From Camelus ferus (Eukaryota), in the NCBI RefSeq assembly GCF_009834535.1, contig NC_045716.1, positions 22,134,001-22,198,000 on the forward strand: a stretch of DNA of 64,000 nt. Reading direction: 5' to 3'. Both the position numbers and the translations under genes were made by a program. Positions 13,582 to 26,099 of the stretch are shown piece after piece. Each line of letters begins with the position of its first letter. The first letter of the stretch is position 1. Below the pieces are notes generated by a model that saw only the letters and a list, made by a program, of their open reading frames with translations, ran no database searches and was not told the origin of the DNA.

Positions 13582-16500
13582 ATGGATCTCCTGCCCCCCA
13601 AGCCCAAGTACAACCCACTTCGGAATGAGTCTCTGTCATCGCTGGAGGAGGGGGCTTCAGGGTCTACCCCACCGGAGGAGCTGCCTTCCCCGTCTGCCTC
13701 ATCCCTGGGGCCCATGCTGCCACCTCTGCCTGGGGATGACAGTCCCACTACTCTGTGCTCCTTCTTCCCCCGGATGAGCAACCTCAAGCTGGCCAACCCG
13801 GCTGGGGGGCGTCCAGGGCCGAAGGGGGAGCCAGGAAGGGCAGCCGAGGATGGGGAGGGGATCGTTGGGGCAGCCATCCTGGACNNNNNNNNNNNNNNNN
13901 NNNNNNNNNNNNNNNNNNNNNNNNNNNNNNNNNNNNNNNNNNNNNNNNNNNNNNNNNNNNNNNNNNNNNNNNNNNNNNNNNNNNNNNNNNNNNNNNNNNN
14001 NNNNNNNNNNNNNNNNNNNNNNNNNNNNNNNNNNNNNNNNNNNNNNNNNNNNNNNNNNNNNNNNNNNNNNNNNNNNNNNNNNNNNNNNNNNNNNNNNNNN
14101 NNNNTCCAGACCCCTCCAGTTCCTCTGCTCACCCGTCTCTTTTTTTTCCTTCCCTTCCCCAGCGACTCCCTTGGTTTCAGTGTCCTCTTTCTTCAACCTC
14201 TCTTGCCCCCTCTCGGATTCTGTAGCCCCTTCCCTTCCAGCTCTGTCTGGGGCCCCTTTCCTTCTGGTGACTCCCCCACCCCCACCCTGCCATGCTTAGC
14301 ACAAAGCCCAGCACAGGCCCTTAGTAAGTGTTGGAACGAGTGACTCTTGATTGTCCCCTCCAGTCTCCTCCCCCTTTCCAGAGATGTCACTTCATCCCAC
14401 CCAATGCCTGTCGCTCCCCTCCAAATTCTCTTCCCACCTGTATGAGGTCCTCCTAGCTTGCCCTTGTCTCCACATCCCCTGTTGTCCTGCATGTTGTGGG
14501 ATGTAGCCCCGGGCAGTGGGCAGAACTTCTTCATCTTTACTGTCCTTAGTGACCAAGTAGGGAAAAGTCCTAGGGCCCTCTGTGAAAAGGTGGCGGGGAG
14601 GCGGCTGACCCTTCTCTTCCCGTCCCTCCCCTCAGTACATGGGCTGTGTGGAGGTCCTGCAGTCAATGCGTGCCCTTGACTTCAATACCCGGACTCAGGT
14701 CACCAGGTTAGTGGGGAGTGGGGTGGAGTTGGGGGGTGGTCCCTGGGATTAGTGAGGGGAAGGAGGAGTGGGTCATTTGGTGGTGGTGCTAGTCCTGGCT
14801 TATCTTTGGGTGGTAAAGGGGGTTGAGAGAAACTTAGGGGAGTGAGTCTAAGTCTGAATGAAAAGAAACAACTCTGGGCTGGCTCCTGTTTACTTATCCA
14901 GCCTGGGGAGTTGTGGGGGAGGTGGCAGAGGCAGCCGGCAGCTGGAGCTTGAGTGGAAAATGGGGGTAGATAGAAGGTTGCCTCTGCCTTTNNNNNNNNN
15001 NNNNNNNNNNNNNNNNNNNNNNNNNNNNNNNNNNNNNNNNNNNNNNNNNNNNNNNNNNNNNNNNNNNNNNNNNNNNNNNNNNNNNNNNNNNNNNNNNNNN
15101 NNNNNNNNNNNNNNNNNNNNNNNNNNNNNNNTGGAGTGCCCCTGGAGTCTGGCCTGGCCTTCCCCTCCCCCAGCCCTGTGGCAGCTCCAGCCTAGTGGGA
15201 TGCAGGCTCTGGGTCTGAGTACCCCTCTTTCCCCAGGGAGGCCATCAGTCTGGTGTGTGAGGCTGTGCCGGGTGCTAAGGGGGCGACAAGGAGGAGAAAG
15301 GTACCTGGGGTCCATGGGGCTAGGGATGCAGCTGGGAGATGTGGAGGAGCCTGGGGAAGGCTAGTGTGGGGCATGTGGGGAGAAGGCCAAAAGGCAGGAA
15401 TGTGGGGGTTCCCTGGTGTTGGGAACCCCTAGCTGCTGAGACCCTTGGGCCCTTCCCTAGCCCTGTAGCCGCCCACTCAGCTCCATCCTTGGAAGGAGTA
15501 ACCTGAAATTTGCTGGAATGCCAATCACTCTCACCGTCTCCACCAGCAGCCTCAACCTCATGGCCGCAGACTGCAAACAGGTTGGTGGGGTTGGGCGGAG
15601 AGGAGGGCAACCAGAAATACTGATGGGAGGGCTAAACGAGGACCTGATTATGAGGGCAAAAAACTAGGAGAGATGGCTCCGGTGGAGCAGAACAGTAGGG
15701 GAGGAGGAGATTAGGCGGACATGGGTTGAGAAGCCTAAAGGATGAGACTGGGACTCCAGGGTCCTGGGCCAGTGGTGGAGGGTGCCCATGTGGGCCCTGA
15801 GGCTGCCTGACACGTGTCATTCCCTCCCTTTTCTATCCCCTGCCAGATCATCGCCAACCACCACATGCAATCCATCTCGTTTGCATCCGGCGGGGACCCG
15901 GTGAGTTGGGGAACGGAGCGCAGGCGGTGGGAGAAGAGGCAGGATCTGGGGATTGGGAGGACCCCGGCTTGGCTAGAGACACGGGCATGCTAGGATTGAG
16001 GCAAGGTTTAAAGAAGACTGGGGTTGAGTGAGGTGGGGGCTATAAAATATAGCTAACTGGCTTTTTCTGACTCTGTCCACCCCAGGACACAGCTGAGTAT
16101 GTTGCCTATGTTGCCAAAGACCCGGTGAATCAGAGAGGTGAGGCGTGGTGGGGAGCACTGGGTGGGGCTGGCTGACCCAGGAGCTAAGTAGGGGCTCTTG
16201 CTGTGGAGGATGGAGGGTGAAGGTCCCTGTCTATGCCTTCTTCCGGCCCCGCCACCCCCGAGCTCCCTGACGGCCTCTGCTGTGCCCCCAGCCTGCCACA
16301 TCCTGGAATGTCCAGAAGGGCTCGCTCAGGACGTTATCAGCACCATTGGCCAGGCCTTTGAGTTGCGCTTCAAACAATACCTCAGGAACCCGCCCAAGCT
16401 GGTCACCCCCCATGACAGGTGAGCGGGGGAGGGGTGCAGCTCTGGGGCCCCAGGCCGGAATTGGAAAAGTAGGTCTTCTCTTCCCACACTTGAGCTCAGA

Positions 16501-19069
16501 GGGGTGCAGGGAAGGAAATAACCTGTGCACCCCTGCTTCCCACTTCCTGCTATTCTTACGTTTCCTGCAGCCTCAGGAAGGTCTTTCGAGGCCCTGCTGG
16601 CTGCAGGGCCAGCGGTTCCTCTCCTGTGCCCGTGGCGGAGCCCAGTCCAGGACCTCCACGCTGTAGCCCTACCCTGGCTCACTGGGCTTTTGTATTCCCA
16701 GCCATCTTGTTTCTGGTCTATCCCTTTCTCTTGCCCATTTCTCCATACTTAGTTCTTTGTTTTCTTGCCCGTTGAAGAATTTGGGCGAGGGAGGATGGCT
16801 CTTTCCCGCGATCCGTACCTTTCCCAGCCCAGCCCAGTAGGTATTGAGTATTTAGAAGAGGTTAAAATATTCTGGAGCACCCACTTCCCCCTACTGGTAC
16901 TTAGGGCTTCTTCTCTCTCAGGAGACAGCATGACTTTAAAGTCAAATCTGAAATTACATCTCTGCTCCACCACCTTTCAGTTGTGAGACCTAGGGTAAAT
17001 CTTTTCACCCCTAACCCTTATTTTCCTCATCTGTAAAACTGGAGAAGGATATAAGACCTGCCCTACCGGGTTGCCATGATGAAATGATTATGTATATAAA
17101 ACACCCAGCCTCCTTCCTCAGGGAATGCCCAAGACATGGCTGCTGTTCTGTTCTCCCTCTGTCCTCCCACCCACATGCCTCACTCCCTCCTGTCCCTCTC
17201 AGGATGGCTGGCTTTGATGGCTCAGCGTGGGATGAGGAGGAGGAAGAGCCACCTGACCATCAGTACTATAATGACTTCCCGGGGAAGGAACCCCCTCTTG
17301 GGGGGGTGGTGGACATGAGGCTTCGAGAAGGAGCCCCACCGGGGGCTGCTCGACCCCCTCCACCCAGTGCCCAGACTCCCAGCCACCTGGGAGCTACTCT
17401 GGTGAGTTGCTTGGATGGAGGTGGGCTAGGTCCAGGATGGAAGCAGCTGGTTAGGGCCTTTGGTCTCACCCTATTTTTGTCCCTTCAGCCTGTGGGGCAG
17501 CCTGTCGGGGGAGACCCTGAAGTCCGCAAACAGATGCTGCCTCCACCACCCTGTCCAGGTATGAAGGGAGCCTAGAGGGGCAGAGCCAGGGTGTAAGAAG
17601 CAGGGTAGGGGTCACTGTAGAGCCACCCTTTCCTCAGCAGGCAGAGAACTCTTTGATGATCCCTCCTATGTCAACGTCCAGAACCTAGACAAGGCTCGGC
17701 AAGCAGGGGGCGGGGCCGGGCCCCCCCATCCTGCCATCAATGGCAGTGCTCCTCGAGACCTCTTTGACATGAGTGAGTGCTCCTCTCTCCTTTCTGCATC
17801 TCCGCCTTCCACTTGGTTCCTCTTCCCGTCTGTTCTGTCCTTCCTGGCCTCCTGTCCCCAAAGGTCTGGGTCCTGGGCATTTGCTGTGCCAGCTGCCTCT
17901 CCTAGCCCTTTCTCTGCCACCCTCAGAGCCCTTTGAAGATGCCCTTCGGGTGCCTCCACCTCCCCAGTCGGTGGCCATGGCTGAGCAGCTCCGAGGGGAG
18001 CCCTGGTTCCACGGGAAGCTGAGCCGACGGGAGGCCGAGGCACTGCTGCAGCTCAATGGGGACTTCCTGGTGCGGGAAAGCACGACCACACCTGGCCAGT
18101 ACGTGCTCACTGGCTTGCAGAGTGGGCAGCCCAAGCACCTGCTGCTGGTGGACCCTGAGGGTGTGGTGAGTGTGGCCGGGTTGCGGATCAGGGTGAAGGT
18201 TCAGTACCCTCCTGTGCAGCTCCGTTCCTTCCCTCGCTGCTGCCTAGACTTTCTGCTGGGCATCTCTGTCTGGGCCTCCCCTGCTCTCGAGGTGCCTGAG
18301 ACTTGGGGTCCCTTCCCTTCTAGCATTCCTGAACCTGTGTTCCCTTCAGGCCTGGCCAATCCCCACACATTATGCCCATGAGAGCTAGAAGGAGCCCTTC
18401 TTTTGACAAATGTGGAAACCATCCTTGAGTGGTTGTGGTGCTCAGTGTTAGATGGCTAGAGGCTAAGCACCCCAAGCCTCCTGTCACAAGAGGAGCCAGG
18501 GGCCCCCCCAGTGCCTCCAGACTCAGGGCTTAGACCAGCATCCGTCGCCTGTCTGCATTGCCCCTCTGTTTCTCTTAACTTTGGTCTCTTTTCTATGATA
18601 ATCTCAGCTTCCTTTGCACATCTTTTTTTGTACTGTGTATCCTCTTCTGAGACATGCCACCTTCCTCCAGGTCAAGGAGGTGTAGCTATCCCTCAGCTTC
18701 ACAATTTCTGGGCTGATGTCCCCTCTACCTTTTCCCAGTTCACTGACCTGCCCATTCCCACAGCTGTCTCCAGCTTCTCTTTCTAGGGGAGCCTCAGTAA
18801 TCAGGACTGACAGCCCTCCCACTCCTGCCATCTTTTTCTCCTTCCTCAACCCTCTTGAATATTCCAGCTTCCTCAGACTTGGGGCCTGAGGTCTTATTTG
18901 AGTCTTCACCAGAATTGACCCTCTCCCNNNNNNNNNNNNNNNNNNNNNNNNNNNNNNNNNNNNNNNNNNNNNNNNNNNNNNNNNNNNNNNNNNNNNNNNN
19001 NNNNNNNNNNNNNNNNNNNNNNNNNNNNNNNNNNNNNNNNNNNNNNNNNNNNNNNNNNNNNAAAGTCTG
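13582..19069 (+). CDS. SHC1: SHC-transforming protein 1, p66 isoform (CH2-PTB-CH1-SH2). Exons 13582-~14076 (end under N), 14636-14706, 15237-15300, 15461-15580, 15847-15900, 16086-16137, 16292-16418, 17203-17401, 17489-17558, 17641 (or 17638)-17772, 17927-18165, ~18941-19069 (mostly N)
   Basis: [24 protein letters not shown]...ELPSPSASS (Ser36 motif), [54 protein letters not shown]...FLVRES; ends AAA GTC TGA. Exon lengths sum to 1752 nt if the masked parts have orthologue length. Confidence 0.97.
16980..17100 (+). mobile_element. MIR fragment in SHC1 intron
   Basis: TTGTGAGACCTAGGGTAAATC...TTTCCTCATCTGTAAAACTGGAG matches the MIR core. Confidence 0.6.
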
Positions 19070-20551
19070 ATCTGTCCCAGTGCTCTCTCCCAGAAGATGC
19101 CTGCGACCCCTTCCACCCTATTCCCTGACTCTCAGGACCTCACTTGGGAGTGTTCTGTGGGCTTGGCCTTGTGTAGGAGCTGGGGGTAGTGTGGACACTG
19201 GGTTCACCATCCAACTAAGTGAGAGGGTTTGAGTCAGGAGCCTGGGGTAGAGTCCTGCTTCTCCCCAAACCTCACCAAAGTATTAATGTACAGAGTGGCC
19301 CCCTTCCCTGGGCCTTTCCTGTGCCAACTTGATACCCCCTTCCCCATGGTGGGTGCTGGAGGCTGGGGCAGTATGCCCCCTTGTAATGGAAAATGTCCTG
19401 TGGTGATAGGCCCAGTGGAGCAATCACCCTTCCAGGGAAGGGGGAATGAATCACACCTTTAGTCTATCCCTGGGCTCAGGGTACCCTAGACCCCTCTCAA
19501 CAACCCTCCCTTCCAGCGTTTAAACTTTGTGCCTTTGACCATCTCCTAGGTCTGAAGATATTTTATGCAAAGGGTTCTTGGGCCCTTGAGGTCAGGGATG
19601 GGGGTGCTGACACCTTCTTGGCTTCTGGGGCCCTGTCCTCTCCTTGCTCAGCAACCCCTCCAGTTTAGGTTGGGCAGACAGAGGCAGGAGTGGCAGCTGT
19701 CCCCTCTCTGGGGATATGCAACCTTTAGATTGCCTCAGCGCCCCCCTCCTGGCCAGCAGGGAGATGGACCCCTCCCTTTCTCAGTGCCTCTGGTGGGGGG
19801 GAGGGCGGGGGGCCCTCACCCCAGGGGTCTGTATATACATTTCGTAAGCCCGCACCTCCCATGTTGCATGCATGTTATATTCTACAGCCAAAGTATAGCC
19901 CTTCCTCCTATAGCCTCTGCCCTGCCTCTCCCTGCTGGGGTGGTGGGGGGATGACTGAACTGTTAACTCTCGCAGGTGGATTTTGTGGAGGTGGGAACAG
20001 GGGCTTTGAGACTGTAAAGCAGTAGACAATCCCCAAATACCATCGGTAGATTTGGAAGTGCATTTATTTTTTATTTTATATGCATTTATTTTAGGGCTGT
20101 AGATTTTCTTTCCTAATTTGTTTTCCACGGCTGCTTCTTGAGCACAAAATGATAATAATCAAACACATTTATATATCACCTCTTTGACTTTTCAAAGCCC
20201 TTTTACAACTATTGGAATTTTCTTCATCCAGCCTGTGAGGCAGTCGGGACCGGAACCTTTAGAAGTGGAGTGTGAGCTGAAACTAGAGAAACGGGCCTCT
20301 TGCTGTGAGGCTGGGAGGCAGAAGTTTGTCTGAATGAGCGTTAGTTTCACACGGGGAAGCGTAAAGCCTGCAGTTATGGGATCGCTTGCCCAGCCCTGCT
20401 CTAGACCTGGGGCAGCCACAACGACAGAGGAGCCGGCCCTGCTCTGTCATTAGGTCTTGTGGATAAGGGAGAGTGGACTGAATCCTCGCCTTTTTTTGTT
20501 TTGTTTTGATGTTTTCACGGGTCTCACTTATACCAAAGGGAAAGAATCTTC

Positions 20552-20557
20552 ATTAAA
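20552..20557 (+). terminator. SHC1 polyadenylation signal ATTAAA (cleavage near 20572)
   Basis: CATTAAAGTCCGTATTTCTTCT matches the recalled human SHC1 mRNA 3' end; the CpG island starts immediately after. Confidence 0.7.
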
Positions 20558-20599
20558 GTCCGTATTTCTTCTACCCCGGCCTCTAGGTGCCTGTCGCTG

Positions 20600-21520
20600 C
20601 TTTTTGTTGGCTGTGGGCCTCCACGGCTGGAAGGGGAGGCGGGAGGCTGTAGCCGCCTCAAGGCACGGAGCGGTCCACCTGGCCCTTCGGCCTGGCTTGA
20701 CTCAGACGCCGCCTGCGGGCACCTGGGGGTTCGCGGAGGAGGTGCGCCGGGGCTGGGAGGGCGAGATCGGGTGGGCCTTGCGGGGCCACGGCACCGGGAG
20801 AGGGGTAGTGATCGCGATGGGTGGGCCGCCAGACGCTGGACCCCAAGCAGCTCCGGGTCCTCGCAGGCGCGCGCTCCAGTCCGCGCGCACCTCTACGGCG
20901 GCCCCCCCTGCGCGGGATGGTACGGCCGGGCCGCAGAGCCGAGAGCCGCCGCCTCCCTAGTGAGCGCGCTGCGTTTCCCGGAGTGGGACGCCCCCCCCCC
21001 CCGCCCCGGCTCGCGCCGTGGTACGGCCCTACCCGCCAGCGCTCGGGGGAGGGTCTGGCCCAGGTCTCGCTCCCCCTCCTCCCCGCGCGCAGTGGTGGCG
21101 GCCACGCGGAGTTCCGGTTCCTGTGGCTGCGGCCGCGGGCGGGTGGTGAAGCTGGGCGAGCGCTCAGTTGGCGACCCGGCTCGGCGCCTCGGCTTCGCCG
21201 CACCCCGGGCTTGCTAGCGCGCGGGGGCCTGTGGCGCCCCCGCCTCGCCTTTCGCGCGATGGTGCAACCCGAGGGCGTGTCCGTCCCCCGTCGCNNNNNN
21301 NNNNNNNNNNNNNNNNNNNNNNNNNNNNNNNNNNNNNNNNNNNNNNNNNNNNNNNNNNNNNNNNNNNNNNNNNNNNNNNNNNNNNNNNNNNNNNNNNNNN
21401 NNNNNNNNNNNNNNNNNNNNNNNNNNGCACTGAGGGGGCTGACGCTGGCAAGGCCGAGGACATGGGGACCTCGGAGGGAGGGCTGGCTGGCGGGCGGGGA
21501 AGGTGGCCGTCCTCAGGCTG
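20600..21520 (+). promoter_or_regulatory. PYGO2 CpG island and promoter
   Basis: Very high GC and CpG density directly upstream of the PYGO2 exons. Confidence 0.8.
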
Positions 21521-23591
21521 AAGGGCCTGAAGGAAGGGTCAGGTGAAAAGTATGGGTGGATGAAGCCCTCTAGGAGTTGGCTGACCCTAGGGTTTGGGGC
21601 ACCTGGAATTCAGGAGCCACTTGGGAGTCTGAGGATATCAAGAGATGAAATGTCTCATTTAAAGGAAGAAGCAGCTGAGAGTGTGGCATCTATTCAGTTT
21701 ATATTACACTTTTGTTGTATGTGTTAACTAAGCAAGAGCGTATTGAAGTTAGAAGAGTCCCTTGGATCATGGCTGGGAGAAAGGATGTTGGGGAAACCTC
21801 AGGGAAACTTGTTTGTGTCTGCCTTTTACTGTTCTTCCAGGTCTGCAAATGAAGAGCCCAGAAAAGAAGCGAAGGAAGTCAAATACTCAGGTGAATGGTG
21901 GTCGTTGGTGGGGGTAATTCCTAGCAGGCCCTCGGGTTGCTTGGTATTCTGCCACTCCATATCCGTTTGTATCTTTCATCAGCTTCAGGGAAAAGAGAAA
22001 GGTGTCTCTCTTGCTCTGCTTCTGGTCCTTTCTCTCAGCTTCATGACAAATGAGGGTAGGGGAGGGGATGAGATGATTTGACCAAAGATCTTACCACTCA
22101 GGATTAGAATCTTCCTCTCCCCCGTTTGTCCTGTCCTGGTTCCCTCGTGATGATAACACTAGTACTTGCTGAGCCCTTTCTAAGTGCCAAGGATTGTGCT
22201 AAAGTGCTGTAACATTTTTGGGAGGTTGGCATTGTCACTATTTTTCACATGAGGAATCTGAGGCTTAAAAAAGTTAAATACCTGCTCCAGAGTCTTGAGG
22301 TTACACCGTGCCAGAGCTGGGATTCCAATGTATTTATGCCTGTTTTTGGAACATGGTTACTGCACTATGCTGGTTCTGCCCTCCATCCTGTTTCTTTGTT
22401 GCATTCTAAAGTTCATCTTGATTTTAGATCTGAGCTGGCCAGGACCAGCCTCCAAAATGTGTATGGTGTTTCTGGTGCTCTGCCTCCATGACTCTTTTCC
22501 CTCCCTCATCTGTTCCCCACTAGGGCCCTGCATACTCACATCTGACGGAGTTTGCGCCACCCCCGACTCCCATGGTGGATCACCTGGTTGCATCCAACCC
22601 TTTTGAGGATGACTTTGGAGCCCCAAAAGTGGGGGGTGCGGCCCCTCCATTCCTTGGCAGTCCTGTCCCCTTTGGGGGCTTCCGTGTACAGGGGGGCATG
22701 GCAGGCCAGGTACCCCCAGGCTATGGCACTGGGGGTGGAGGGGGACCCCAGCCTCTTCGTCGACAGCCCCCTCCTTTCCCTCCAAACCCCATGGGCCCTG
22801 CTTTCAACATGCCCCCCCAGGGCCCTGGCTACCCACCGCCAGGCAACATGAACTTTCCCAGCCAACCTTTCAACCAACCTCTGGGTCAAAACTTTAGCCC
22901 ACCTGGTGGGCAGATGATGCCAGGCCCAGTGGGGGGATTTGGCCCCATGATCTCACCCACAATGGGACAACCTCCCAGGGGGGAGCTGGGCCCCCCTTCT
23001 CTCCCCCAGCGCTTTGCCCAGCCAGGGGTGCCTTTTGGTCCTTCTCCTCTCCAGAGACCTGGTCAAGGGCTCCCCAGCCTGCCCCCCAACACGAGTCCCT
23101 TCCCTGGTCCGGACCCTGGCTTTCCTGGCCCTGGTGGTGAGGATGGGGGGAAGCCCTTAAATCCACCTGCTCCCACTGCTTTCCCCCAGGAGCCCCACTC
23201 AGGCTCCCCAGCTGCTGCTGTGAATGGGAATCAACCCAATTTTCCCCCAAACAGCAGTGGGCGGGGTGGGGGCACCCCAGATGCCAATAGCCTGGCACCC
23301 CCTGGCAAGGCAGGTGGGGGCTCAGGGCCCCAGCCACCCCCGGGCCTGGTGTATCCATGTGGTGCCTGTCGGAGTGAGGTGAATGANNNNNNNNNNNNNN
23401 NNNNNNNNNNNNNNNNNNNNNNNNNNNNNNNNNNNNNNNNNNNNNNNNNNNNNNNNNNNNNNNNNNNNNNNNNNNNNNNNNNNNNNNNNNNNNNNNNNNN
23501 NNNNNNNNNNNNNNNNNNNNNNNNNNNNNNNNNNNNNNNNNNNNNNNNNNNNNNNNNNNNNNNNNNNNNNNNNNNNNNNNNNNNNNNNNNN
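21320..23591 (+). CDS. PYGO2: Pygopus homolog 2. Coding exon 1 inferred inside the N run 21295-21426, exon 2 21841-21890, exon 3 from 22524 with the PHD finger and stop inferred inside the N run 23387-23598
   Basis: LQMKSPEKKRRKSNTQ|GPAYSHLTEFAPPPTPMVDHLVASNPFEDDFG (NLS and NPF box), Pro/Gly-rich linker, VYPCGACRSEVN (PHD start). Outer coordinates are estimated from orthologue length, not seen. Confidence 0.92.
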
Positions 23592-25277
23592 NNNNNNNGA
23601 GGTGTCCAGGGAAGTGCATATGTCCCTCCCTGCTCTTCCAGGGTGATTGTTTTCCTGTCTGGCTCTTGGTCCTTGTTTCCACTGGCTTCCCATCCCTGTG
23701 GGGCAGAAACACAATGGCTCCTGGGGGCAGAAAAGGAACCTAGGTGGGCAGGCAGAAGAGCCTGGATCACTCACTTTTCTGGAAACTTACTGCGGTGAGA
23801 TCTACAGAGGTCCAGAAAACCAAAGCCCTGCCCAGCAGAGCCATTTTTGGTGGCTCTCCTGGAGGCCTAGGGGGTATGGCTGCAAGAGAAAAGAGGCTGG
23901 AGGAAGATCTGAAGGGCAGGGATGTCCCCTCTGCAGACGATGGATGCCCCCAATACCTGTGCCTAACACTCCTGTCTAGCCCCACAGCTCCAGCCTTAGT
24001 TTTTGGAGTCCAGTGTTAAAGGTTTCTGGTCAGAGGATTTGGGATCTCTTCCCGTCCCTGCAATAGCCCTTTCATGGGTGCTGGGAGACAGCTTTAGGGA
24101 ATAAATGGAGATTTTCCCCTTTTCCCTCTCCCCTTTCCTCCTCCAAGACCTACCTGACTCCTCCCCCTTTAGAGAACCAAATAGCTTGAAGGAACAGGAG
24201 AGTACGTGGCTATGGCAGTTTCTTGGTGATTTGAGGCTTCAAGACAGTAAGTAAGAGATGCTGTCAGGACATGTCTCCCTCATACCAAAGTCACTGGTCC
24301 TTTCTCAGCCTCTCTTGTGCTTTTCTCCTAATGACTATATTTTTTGCCAAAAATTGGGGTACATGTCTGACCAGAATATTTGACGTTTGGACTATCCTGG
24401 AAGCCTGGACTCTATGGTTGTACCACCCTCCACCCTCCCTTTGCCTGCCTGTTGCACATTATTCTCAGTGCCGGTCTTCCAACTTCTGGCGCCCTCACTC
24501 CCCTGCCTCCCTGGCTTGATTGAAGGAAAGCTTGAAAAGGCACAGAGCCCTTATACCTCATTCTCCCTCCTGATAAAAGGATCCCTGTTACAGACTGGGT
24601 GGGGGAGGTGGTGGGCCCCTCACTGCCAGGGCACAAAGATGCAGTCCAGAGCCCGGATGAGGTTTGCTTCTCTTTCCCTGCTATTCTTGACATCTTGGGC
24701 CGGTGAACTAGCAGCTCTCATTACTCTCAGCCAGGGTCCTGTACTGGGCTTTGTTTTTATTTTACTTTTTTTAAAGCACTGCCTGCCAGAGATGGACCTG
24801 GGGCCTGATCAGGAGCCCCTCACAGCTGCTCTCCTTAGAGTTCATGCACACATTCCTCAGTGTGGTGAGGAAGGCAGGCTTGGGGTGTGACCCTGAGAGG
24901 AGCTGATGGTCCCCTGCCCCCACTTTTCCCGGGACCCTAGCGTGTGAAGAGAAGCCAAGTATACTGCAGAACTCATCTGCCTGCCCTTTGGGGCTGTGAG
25001 AAAGAAGGGAGCGGCCTCTGGGCTTCTCTCCTCCAGTGTCCCCCAACTTGGAACAGCAGAGATGGCAACCCCCCACTGCTCAACTTTGTGTTGTGTTTGT
25101 GGTTCTGTTTGCCCCTCTTACCTGTTGCTGTTTGTGCTCTCCCCCATCTCCACATTTTGTAAGACGGCTACTGGAGGGGGGGTGTCTGCTCAATCCTCCC
25201 TCACTCCACTGCTTTTTGGAAGAAAGTGGGGGTGGCAGAGGTGTGGTGGTGGGGAAAGTCTTTTGTACTGTTGGATT

Positions 25278-25283
25278 AATAAA
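25278..25283 (+). terminator. PYGO2 polyadenylation signal AATAAA
   Basis: GGATTAATAAAATGAC at the end of a long 3' UTR, before the PBXIP1 promoter. Confidence 0.75.
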
Positions 25284-26099
25284 ATGACTTGGAAATTCTA
25301 GACCAGGACTCCTTGCTGTTGATATGCCTTGGGATGAGCCTCAGCGCTGGGCAGGATATTGTGGGGTGAGGATATGTATCCCCCAGGGTCCTTGGAAGTG
25401 GGAATGGCAGAAAGATTCAGGCCCCTAAGCGGACCTGGTACAAGCTGCTGGAGCCCAGGGAGGCCTGTGTGCCCCGCCCCTCCCACTATGTCCCTGCTGT
25501 GAGAAACTAGTTTCCTTTCGGAGCACATTCCTGGGCCGGGCCTGGAGCCAAGCTAGAGCTCCGGTTCCAAGACTTCAGGGAGACAATTGCCATCAGTGCT
25601 TCTGGGTTTAGTGCCCGCCCACCCCCACTCCCCAGTTGTTTGGGTTAGGGGTCAAGTATAGCCCCAAGGTAGGGGAAGGGGCTGCCCCTGGTCTAGCTGA
25701 TTTCATTTTTGGATACTTTTCAGGCCCTCTCCCCACTTCCTTAAAAAAAAAAAAAAAGCAGTATCCTTAAACAATCAGCACCGGAGCAGGGTGAGGAGAC
25801 TGACAGAAGGGCTATTTCCAACCCACAATTTGCCACTCTCCCCTCCCCCATCCTGCAGCTGTCTCTGTCTGTCCTGGGACTAACCTGGTCCCTTGTCCCT
25901 GTTGTTTCTGGAGATGCCAGCCTTTGCCTTAGTTTTGGATCTTCCCGCCAGAAATTGTTTAGAGACTGAAAAGGAGGAGAGATGACCCAAAACTTAGTTT
26001 GCTGGAACCCCAGCCTTCCACCGGAGGTGGGGGTTAAGTCCAAGTTTAGAGTCTCTGCAGGTACCCACCCCTTCCCTCTAGCTCGCAAGTCCAGCTCTT

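Noticed and set aside
19735-19770. CTCF-like CAGCGCCCCCCTCCTGGCCA in the SHC1 3' UTR
   Set aside because: An extra C in the run breaks core spacing; poor match in either register.
19830-19837. Pumilio element TGTATATA in the SHC1 3' UTR
   Set aside because: A single 8-mer in a long UTR is expected by chance without conservation data.
20658-21546. Several long overlapping ORFs (148-241 aa) on both strands
   Set aside because: Expected in an extremely GC-rich CpG island where stop codons are rare; Arg/Ala/Pro/Gly-biased, no recognisable domain, and one is inflated by Ns.
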